A stretch of 42,755 bases of DNA, taken from positions 1-42,755 of the IMG/VR virus record IMGVR_UViG_3300045970_000415; one strand, 5' to 3'. Shown here piece by piece: positions 35,232-41,945 of the stretch. A program made the position numbers and the translations under genes. Source of the stretch: a virus. Every line of letters begins with the position of its first letter. Positions within the stretch are counted from its first letter, which is position 1. The notes under the pieces were generated by a model. The model had not been told where the DNA came from. It saw nothing but the letters and a program-made list of their open reading frames with translations, and did no database searches.

Positions 35232-36470
35232 TCAAGGCAATTTTTCTGGCAGTAATCCCGTCATTAGATGCCATCTTTCAATCGTCACCGCCGCATAAAT
35301 CGGATCAAGTTCAATTGCCCTGCATTGTCTCTGCAGTTGCTCACACATGATCAACGTTGTTCCGCTTCCAACGAATGGATCAAGCACCACATCACCGGGC
35401 AAACTTGAATTCATCAACGATCGTTCCACCAACAGTAATGGCTTCATGGTTGGATGTTCTTCCGATCGTTTCGGCCTGTCGATTTGCCACACATCGGATT
35501 GCTTGCGGTCCATCACTTCTCTAATCCTTGCCGCATCACTTTTCCATCCGTACCATAGCGGCTCGAACTGGGTGTGATAATCCTTCCTTGAAAGCACAAG
35601 TTGATCCTTCATCCATACGATCGTGCTCGACCAGTGGAATCCTTTATCGCGCAGCGCCTTGTCGATCACTGGCCACTCCTGCGCGCTCATGACCAAATAA
35701 ATCAATGCACCTGGCTCACACGCATCCCAGATACTCTTCACAGAAGCTCGCATAAATTCAGGAAATTTATCTCCCAAATTATCGTTCTTCATGGTTCGCT
35801 TCTTATATCCTTGTGCGTTATCTTCTTCGATGCGGCCACCGTAATCAACATTCCAGGGTGGATCTGTCCAGCAAATGGAAGCCTTCTCATTCTCCATCAA
35901 TGCTGAAATTACATTTGCATCTGTGCAATCGCCAATTGCCAAACGATGATTTCCCAACTTCCAAATCTGCCCTTCTTCAACTTTCCATTTTCCCGCAAGC
36001 TCATCCGCGTGATTTATCAATTCAATAACATCCGCTTTTTCTTCTTGAAGCTCTGGCTCCAAGCTAACAAGCAAACTTTGTAACTCCTTATCCAAAAAAC
36101 CAAGCGAATCAAAATCCATCCCTGCAGCTGCATCCTCGGCGATCTGTTCTGCATCCCACGCCAGGTCTAGCTCTGCAACACGGTTATCCAAATACGCCAG
36201 GCGTCTTGCCTCACCCGAAGGATCATTTAAGTCCAGGTCTTCTCTTTGCACAACAACAAGTTCATCGCGCTTCGTGGAAATCACACGCACCTTCAAGCCC
36301 GCCTTCTGTGCTGCAGCCAGGGTTTTATTCCCTGCAATAATCTGTCCGTTCTTATCACTAAGAATGGATCTTCCCGCTCCAAGTTCCGTCACAGATTGCT
36401 CTAGTAATTCCTTGCCGCGCTCTGTGCCTTTGTTTGCATTATGCTGATCGAATTTCAAATCATTGTCCAT
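35232..36470 (-). CDS. ParB-like nuclease domain fused to a DNA methyltransferase (beta-class N6A/N4C type, DPPW)
   Basis: N-terminal ParB-N-like segment (GRSILSDKNGQIIAGNKTLAAAQKAG). TDPPWNVDYGG (motif IV) and VVLDPFVGSGTT (motif I). ATG at 36470 (MDNDLKF) is preceded by GGAG. Confidence 0.8.
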   Translation of the reverse strand: MDNDLKFDQHNANKGTERGKELLEQSVTELGAGRSILSDKNGQIIAGNKTLAAAQKAGLKVRVISTKRDELVVVQREDLDLNDPSGEARRLAYLDNRVAELDLAWDAEQIAEDAAAGMDFDSLGFLDKELQSLLVSLEPELQEEKADVIELINHADELAGKWKVEEGQIWKLGNHRLAIGDCTDANVISALMENEKASICWTDPPWNVDYGGRIEEDNAQGYKKRTMKNDNLGDKFPEFMRASVKSIWDACEPGALIYLVMSAQEWPVIDKALRDKGFHWSSTIVWMKDQLVLSRKDYHTQFEPLWYGWKSDAARIREVMDRKQSDVWQIDRPKRSEEHPTMKPLLLVERSLMNSSLPGDVVLDPFVGSGTTLIMCEQLQRQCRAIELDPIYAAVTIERWHLMTGLLPEKLP

Positions 36471-36493
36471 TCTATATCTCCACAATTACTGGA

Positions 36494-37111
36494 TTATTGC
36501 CCGTCATCCTTCACCTCGCTCTCCAATGCTTTGACCAGGTCATCCAGTTCCGCATCCGTCTTCACGCCCGCGCTACCTCTTGCTGTGAGCGCAGCCAATA
36601 ACTTATGTGTGGGCATGTAATCCCCCATCAACTCCAAAGCCAGCTTGCGATCGTTGTGACTCTTGTATTCAGGTTTCACAGCCACCGCCACAAGTGCTGT
36701 ATAGATCTCGGCTCGATGCTTGAACAACGGACCTGATTGCATCATCCTCATCATCTCATCCACAGCAGGGTTTTTCTTGCGCCAGGTATTGATTGCTCGA
36801 TCACTCGTCAATCCCAGATGATTCCGCGCCAGGTCATCCTGTCTCTTTGGTTCTCTACTCCCCTTCGGTGTAGATGCCCAGGCAATATATGCTGCCACTC
36901 GCCACGGCCATCCTCCCCTGCATAGCTCAAGATAATCATCCAACCAACGCGGCGATCCGATCTTTCCCACCAATCCATCTAACCCTTTACGCGCCACCTG
37001 CTCACGCAATCTCATTTCATCAATGTTGATCACTCCCGGAGATGACGAAACTTCAACTTCAGGAACATCTAACTCTAAAGGCAGCTGATAACTAAACTTC
37101 GGTAACGGCAT
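36494..37111 (-). CDS. Second TerS-like DNA-binding protein (paralogue of 32809..33510)
   Basis: GGWPWRVAAYIAWASTP...LTSDRAINTWRKKN...GDYMPTHKLLAAL aligns colinearly with the TerS-like protein. By eye, roughly half the residues are identical across the core. Confidence 0.6.
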   Translation of the reverse strand: MPLPKFSYQLPLELDVPEVEVSSSPGVINIDEMRLREQVARKGLDGLVGKIGSPRWLDDYLELCRGGWPWRVAAYIAWASTPKGSREPKRQDDLARNHLGLTSDRAINTWRKKNPAVDEMMRMMQSGPLFKHRAEIYTALVAVAVKPEYKSHNDRKLALELMGDYMPTHKLLAALTARGSAGVKTDAELDDLVKALESEVKDDGQ

Positions 37112-37129
37112 TCACGCTCCTTAAATAGC

Positions 37130-37171
37130 GAACAGCCAGCATGTGGACTGCGGGCCCGCATGTGGCTGTTC
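37130..37171 (-). promoter_or_regulatory. 5-prime leader stem-loop with an internal GCGGGCCCGC palindrome and GCATGTGG direct repeats
   Basis: GAACAGCCA (37130-38) pairs with TGGCTGTTC (37163-71). GCATGTGG at 37139 and 37158. Palindrome at 37150-59. Confidence 0.4.
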
Positions 37172-37177
37172 AAAAGT

Positions 37178-37206
37178 ATTTTAGAACGCTCGTTCTAATT
37201 TGTCAA
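37178..37206 (-). promoter_or_regulatory. Consensus-like promoter with a palindromic operator in its spacer
   Basis: Minus strand TTGACA (37206-01), 17 nt, TAAAAT (37183-78). Palindrome TTAGAACG-CT-CGTTCTAA at 37181-37198 overlaps the spacer and -10. Confidence 0.6.
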
Positions 37207-37266
37207 GATTTTGGTGACTGTTTAATTTTCATTCAAGATATAGAATAGTCTCAAAGGAGAAACATC

Positions 37267-37407
37267 ATGTTGATAATCATATTCGAATTCTTGAAGTCGC
37301 AATTTGCAGCACATCCAGTTTGGACTGCTGTAGCAGTCCTTGTAATCATTACGATTGGAGCAGGATATATAAAAAGGTTTATTAGATGGATAAGACTACA
37401 ATTTTAA
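37267..37407 (+). CDS. 46-aa single-pass membrane peptide, an isolated plus-strand gene
   Basis: Manual translation: MLIIIFEFLKSQFAAHPVWTAVAVLVIITIGAGYIKRFIRWIRLQF. AAAGGAG 7 nt upstream. Below the ORF-track cutoff. Confidence 0.45.
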   Translation: MLIIIFEFLKSQFAAHPVWTAVAVLVIITIGAGYIKRFIRWIRLQF

Positions 37408-37422
37408 TAAAAGACTGTTCGG

Positions 37423-38031
37423 TCATCTCGTCCACCTCGCCACACGTTGACTTGGCTCGATCCACTCCATTCCGCACAACCTGAAGAAATCAATCTCCTC
37501 AGGCATGGGAATTACTCCCTGGCGTCCATCGCCCTTATCACCGCGCACCCGTTGACCAACTGCGCCATCCGCCACAATATATTCATCAGGCAGCGCACCT
37601 CCGCGATATTTGCACGTCACCATCCAGTGACTGAAATCTGAGGGACCCGTGCGGAGCACAGACTGCACGCCCCACTCTGCAGGAGGTGTCACCAGGAATA
37701 AATCAATTTGAATCAATTCCTTCAATAGCCAGATCTTCTTATATTTCTCTCCGCTCGCTCGTAAAAAGAAGACATCAGCCTCACACATTTCATCCACTAA
37801 TTTTTCAAGTTGCGTTTTGTATTGAATTGGAATTGGCTTTCCGAATTCGATCTTTGATGATGGTGGAGGCGTCAAATCGGGGATCGCTAAAATTTCAATA
37901 TCCTTCGGCTCAGCCTTCCCGCGTGAGATCGACCCCTTGATCTCAATCCGCTCGCATGCTGGCCGAAAATATTCGACCCACTGTTCAGCAATTTGCAAAG
38001 CGTTTTTATATAGCATCGCGCACCTCCGCAT
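37423..38031 (-). CDS. Minimal Pol beta-superfamily (Pol X-like) nucleotidyltransferase
   Basis: KGSISRGKAEPKDIEILAI (GS-x-RGK...D-x-E), IQIDLFLVTPPAEWGVQSVLRTGPSDF, C-terminal FFRLCGMEWIEPSQR. About 197-202 aa, i.e. palm plus thumb only. Confidence 0.55.
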   Translation of the reverse strand: MRRCAMLYKNALQIAEQWVEYFRPACERIEIKGSISRGKAEPKDIEILAIPDLTPPPSSKIEFGKPIPIQYKTQLEKLVDEMCEADVFFLRASGEKYKKIWLLKELIQIDLFLVTPPAEWGVQSVLRTGPSDFSHWMVTCKYRGGALPDEYIVADGAVGQRVRGDKGDGRQGVIPMPEEIDFFRLCGMEWIEPSQRVARWTR

Positions 38032-38449
38032 TTGCCAATTTCAATAAGACATCTGCATGGCAGGGCTTATCAAGTGGACACCAGCACGCAAGGTCTTTAC
38101 CGCGCAATGGCGAGAGGTCAAGACCGCGCCGAGTTATCTTCATTTTTATTTCAATCTCAAATGATTCAACTGCTTCGGCTCGTTCTTCTTCGCTTTCAAT
38201 TATGTACGAGTTGCCCCACTTTGTAGGGCGACCAACGTACACAGTATTTTTAGGCATTCGCCAGCCTTTTATTCTCATACGCTGAATTCGTTTCGGCATT
38301 GGTTTATATTTCAAGCACTCAGGGCATGTAACTTTGCTCCAATTATCACCACAAACTCGAACGAAATTACCGCACATACCAATTGGCGAGTCGCTTGTAA
38401 TAGGCACAAAGTGAAAAAGGTCATCATCGGTTTTTAAATATTTAGCCAT
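38006..38449 (-). CDS. DUF4326-like protein with an N-terminal Cys-rich segment
   Basis: VYVGRPTKWGNSY...GKDLACWCPLDKPCHADVLLKLAN. Start MAKYLK at 38449, preceded by AAGGTG, 1 nt after the upstream stop. Confidence 0.55.
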   Translation of the reverse strand: MAKYLKTDDDLFHFVPITSDSPIGMCGNFVRVCGDNWSKVTCPECLKYKPMPKRIQRMRIKGWRMPKNTVYVGRPTKWGNSYIIESEEERAEAVESFEIEIKMKITRRGLDLSPLRGKDLACWCPLDKPCHADVLLKLANAEVRDAI

Positions 38450-38450
38450 C

Positions 38451-38792
38451 TCACACCTTATTCTTTCCATATAAACTCTGCAGCAACTCCAGCGCACCCT
38501 CATCAGGGTGCCACTCCCGCATGCATCCGCAGCCAGGCACAGAGCATTTCCAAACCATGCTCAACATCTTCCCATCCAACGCGCCCGCCACCTCGATCTC
38601 TGTAGGGACCTCAGCACCCAGGTCAACCGCTGCGCGGAAAATAACCAATCGCGTCGTGTAATACTTTACCGACCTGCCATTGAGAGTCATATCATCCTGC
38701 ACTCTCTCGATCACGCCCAACACATGATCTTTATTCCGTGTACATCGCCACTGCTTCGCATCACTGAGCGTCCGTCCGTCCACATTTTCCAT
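38451..38792 (-). CDS. Hypothetical Cys/His-containing protein (possible zinc-binding)
   Basis: Start MENVDGRTL at 38792, preceded by AAGGAG. Contains WRCTRNKDH ... CSVPGCGCMREWH. Confidence 0.5.
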   Translation of the reverse strand: MENVDGRTLSDAKQWRCTRNKDHVLGVIERVQDDMTLNGRSVKYYTTRLVIFRAAVDLGAEVPTEIEVAGALDGKMLSMVWKCSVPGCGCMREWHPDEGALELLQSLYGKNKV

Positions 38793-38802
38793 TGATCTCT
38801 CC

Positions 38803-39234
38803 TTACTCTGAACATCCAACAGCAACACACATGTTCAACATCCACTCTGCATCGAATAACTCAAGCGATTCGACTTCCTGGCCATTATCAACACCGCGCG
38901 GAAGCTTCTTCATAAATCCATAAATCGCCTTCGTCCCAAACTGACGTTCAAACTCCGTTGCAGCCTGCCCAATCGCATCGCGGACAGATTTACAACCCGA
39001 AAAATTCCACACCACCATCTGGCGGTACTGTATCGGCAGACCCTCAAAATAAATATCGACCGCACCGCGCACAGGTTCGCGCACACTCAAATGATGCACA
39101 CCGTTATCAACAGTTTTATCCAGGACTGCATCCGCAGGAAACGCCGCATTGATCGGCGAATTCGACATCACCTGCAAAACTCGCCATCCATCTTCCTCGA
39201 TCACATTCCGAATCACGATCACATCATCCATCAC
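38803..39234 (-). CDS. Hypothetical protein
   Basis: 143-aa ORF (GTG at 39234 or ATG at 39231). Confidence 0.5.
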   Translation of the reverse strand: MMDDVIVIRNVIEEDGWRVLQVMSNSPINAAFPADAVLDKTVDNGVHHLSVREPVRGAVDIYFEGLPIQYRQMVVWNFSGCKSVRDAIGQAATEFERQFGTKAIYGFMKKLPRGVDNGQEVESLELFDAEWMLNMCVAVGCSE

Positions 39235-39238
39235 GACC

Positions 39239-39319
39239 TCATTTCAAAAGCGACATAAACGCAGCAAAACAAACCAGCGTCACCGCGATCACTAAAGCAT
39301 TGAAAATAATTTTTTTCAT
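39239..39319 (-). CDS. Possible 26-aa hydrophobic peptide
   Basis: Manual translation: MKKIIFNALVIAVTLVCFAAFMSLLK. The ATG directly follows the upstream TAA. Confidence 0.25.
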   Translation of the reverse strand: MKKIIFNALVIAVTLVCFAAFMSLLK

Positions 39320-39589
39320 TTATTCTTCATCCATGACCATATTTGCCAACAGACTTTCCAACGCCGCCTGTGACCGCTCCGCGTCCTCATCACCCAGCGC
39401 CACCGTCGAAGCCACACCCAGCTCGCCATTCACCGCCGCAATGATCAACTCCCAACACATCCTCGTCCGCTGGCCCGCAGGTTGACTCTCATACCAGGCC
39501 AAAGCCTTATCCACCCGTGCGCTCCCATTGGGATACACATACGGATCAATATGCAAATGCCTGCGCGGACCTTTCTTCGGTCTTGCCAT
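39320..39589 (-). CDS. Small protein downstream of the actin-like gene (ParR-like adaptor by position)
   Basis: 89 aa with a basic N-terminus MARPKKGPRRHLHIDPYVY and an acidic C-terminus. TAATG-coupled to the ParM-like stop at 39589. Confidence 0.4.
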   Translation of the reverse strand: MARPKKGPRRHLHIDPYVYPNGSARVDKALAWYESQPAGQRTRMCWELIIAAVNGELGVASTVALGDEDAERSQAALESLLANMVMDEE

Positions 39590-40587
39590 TATTTCTTCGC
39601 CTTATCCAGCTTATACAAACCGTGTGCAATGCTCATTACAGGCTCATCCGCAATCACGCCTTTGCCGCGCAGCTTCAACTGATCGCCCAACAACACTGCA
39701 CCACCGCCCACAACCAGCACCGCCGCAAAACGCTCAAGTGCGTCCTTCCAAATCCGCTCGATTGCGCCGTTGACCTCGCTTGCCCAGATTGGCATCTTCT
39801 CACGATGTTTCAAATTGCCATTGCGCAATTTCATATCCAATTCACCGAGCGAATACGCGCCCTTCGGGTTCAGCAATTCCAACAATCGGCGCACACCCAG
39901 CTTCTCTCCGCCAGTGAATTTCTCAGTCGCCACCTGGTTCTCGATCACCATGAATTCCAACGTATTGAAACCAACAGAGATCACGCCCACTTCCTCCGTC
40001 AACGCCTTGCTTCGTGATGGAATATATTTCTTCTCATCATCCATCACATAATCAAACAAGGCCCCCACAGGCTGCGAAGTCAGGCGCACCCGTTCCACCA
40101 TCACACTATATTCAACATCGTCCGCCCGCCATGAATGCGGACCCGCCAGCCATGCCCGCATCGCCTTGCGGTAATCCTTCATATCATCACCCATAGTCTG
40201 CAAAGGCAGCCCCACCATCAGCGAAAGCGGAGTATCTTCCAGCTTGATATTTTTTCCGCTTCCAACTGACGTCTGGAATAATCCATGCTCTTGTATATAA
40301 CGGCTCCACGATCCATAAACCAATGCTCGCATTTCCGGACTTCCGATCAAACGGTCGAAATCCAAATTCTCGATCGGGCGTCCATAGTTATGCGCCCGCG
40401 CGCCCACATAGAATTCGCCATCATTTGTTGACACCAATAGCGGACGTTTATCATTCTTCAACCCAATCATTGCACCCATGTGTCCGCTTCCATTCACAGC
40501 CACCTGGCTCAACATATCCAGCCCGCCTTCATCAGACCAGACTTTGATCGCGCCCATTCCCGCATCCAAACCCATTGAATTTGTCAT
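39589..40587 (-). CDS. Actin-like ATPase (ParM/StbA/Alp family)
   Basis: GLDAGMGAIKV (phosphate-1), VISVGFNTLEF (phosphate-2-like), VLVVGGGAVLLG (adenosine motif). 332 aa, with AAGGAG upstream. Confidence 0.65.
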   Translation of the reverse strand: MTNSMGLDAGMGAIKVWSDEGGLDMLSQVAVNGSGHMGAMIGLKNDKRPLLVSTNDGEFYVGARAHNYGRPIENLDFDRLIGSPEMRALVYGSWSRYIQEHGLFQTSVGSGKNIKLEDTPLSLMVGLPLQTMGDDMKDYRKAMRAWLAGPHSWRADDVEYSVMVERVRLTSQPVGALFDYVMDDEKKYIPSRSKALTEEVGVISVGFNTLEFMVIENQVATEKFTGGEKLGVRRLLELLNPKGAYSLGELDMKLRNGNLKHREKMPIWASEVNGAIERIWKDALERFAAVLVVGGGAVLLGDQLKLRGKGVIADEPVMSIAHGLYKLDKAKK

Positions 40588-40694
40588 TCGAATCTCCTTT
40601 TTGATTTATGGTTGGTTACTACTACTACTTCACTGTCTATCTCTCACCGCATAATTCACTTCAAACAAACATCCGTCAAAAACGAAGTAGTGAA

Positions 40695-40739
40695 TAAATA
40701 GCGGTTAAATATTTCACGCCTGTAAATAGCGGTTAAATA
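40695..40739. repeat. Two 17-bp direct repeats upstream of the actin-like gene (parC-like centromere/operator candidate)
   Basis: TAAATAGCGGTTAAATA at 40695-40711 and 40723-40739. TTCAC-containing inverted repeats (CACTACTTC / GAAGTAGTA) lie at about 40626-40694. Confidence 0.6.
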
Positions 40740-41945
40740 CTATGTGCCTAATGCCTCTTTCAGCAATCGTATCCGTTCATAGAATGCTGCGCCGCCAGCA
40801 CTGCCCCAAATATTATTCACGATCGCCGTCAGGCTCAACCCTTCATCCTTCAGCGTCCGCGCTCTCTGCAAAAGATCATCATTCAAAGGTTTCGCGCTGG
40901 TCTCTTGTGCGTTTTCCTCGTTCAACTTCAATACCAATTGCACCGTCTCTTCACTCGGCTCTGGATACTCAACGCGAAATGATTGGAACTCCGTCACCCG
41001 CGCTTTGAATACGATCAACCCACGCCCCTGAATTTTCGGCAGGCTTTCCGCGCCATTCATCCCCAACACCATCTGGCTTGCATTCCACGAAGGCACAGGA
41101 AAACAAATGCGCGTCACCAAATTTGTCTTTACCAACAGCGCCGCAGCTTCGGGTCGGTTCGTCGCCAGGATCGGATAAAAACCCGTATCCCGCTCCCGTT
41201 CAACGATCTCCACTAATGATGCTTTCTCCTCATCGTTTGTAAGTGCGGCCTCATCCACAAACAACGCGATCGGCTTGATCGGTTCATTTGGATTTGCCTC
41301 GTTATAGGAAACAATATTTGCGTGCCCGCTCGAAAGCAGGATCCGTCTGCGCTTCATCGCCTCTTCGCTCAAACGTCGCAGCGTATCAGCCAAATTCATA
41401 ACCATGTGGAAATGTTCCGCGCCCATATAACGCGAGAATTCAACGCCGCGCTTTCCATCGTGTGCATACACGTCAGTTTTTCCGCCCGCCAGCAACGCCT
41501 GTATCCATCCGTGCAATAAGCCCGTCTTTCCCAATCCGCGCGAACCTGATACCAAGAACGAATCTCCCTCCAACAGTGAGATCCACATCTCGCCGCGCGC
41601 GCTCATTCCCATCGGCATCTCGAAAGGCGATTTCTGTTTGCTCAGATCCAGATCCGCCACACTCAGATCACCCAGCATCATTGGGATATCGTATCCAACT
41701 TGCAGGAACATCCCGCGCGAGTTTGTCCGTTTTACGATCCTTCCCTGTAATCGCGTAGAAAGTCCGTGCGCGAATTCATCGTTCAGCTTCCGCAGATCCA
41801 CAGCATTGGGATCGAAGATCACCACCAAACGATCGGGGCGTACCCATACATAGAAAGAAACTGCATTCAAGTCCACGCGCGCCCTGCGCTCATCCAACAG
41901 CGTCAGCGTCTTATAAGCCACCTGTTGAGCAAAATTATTTGTCAT
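40740..41945 (-). CDS. FtsK/SpoIIIE-family P-loop ATPase without a membrane domain
   Basis: GSRGLGKTG (Walker A), IALFVDEAAL (Walker B), ILATNRPEAAAL...LVTRICFPVPSWNASQMVLG (FtsK-like motor signature). Confidence 0.7.
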   Translation of the reverse strand: MTNNFAQQVAYKTLTLLDERRARVDLNAVSFYVWVRPDRLVVIFDPNAVDLRKLNDEFAHGLSTRLQGRIVKRTNSRGMFLQVGYDIPMMLGDLSVADLDLSKQKSPFEMPMGMSARGEMWISLLEGDSFLVSGSRGLGKTGLLHGWIQALLAGGKTDVYAHDGKRGVEFSRYMGAEHFHMVMNLADTLRRLSEEAMKRRRILLSSGHANIVSYNEANPNEPIKPIALFVDEAALTNDEEKASLVEIVERERDTGFYPILATNRPEAAALLVKTNLVTRICFPVPSWNASQMVLGMNGAESLPKIQGRGLIVFKARVTEFQSFRVEYPEPSEETVQLVLKLNEENAQETSAKPLNDDLLQRARTLKDEGLSLTAIVNNIWGSAGGAAFYERIRLLKEALGT

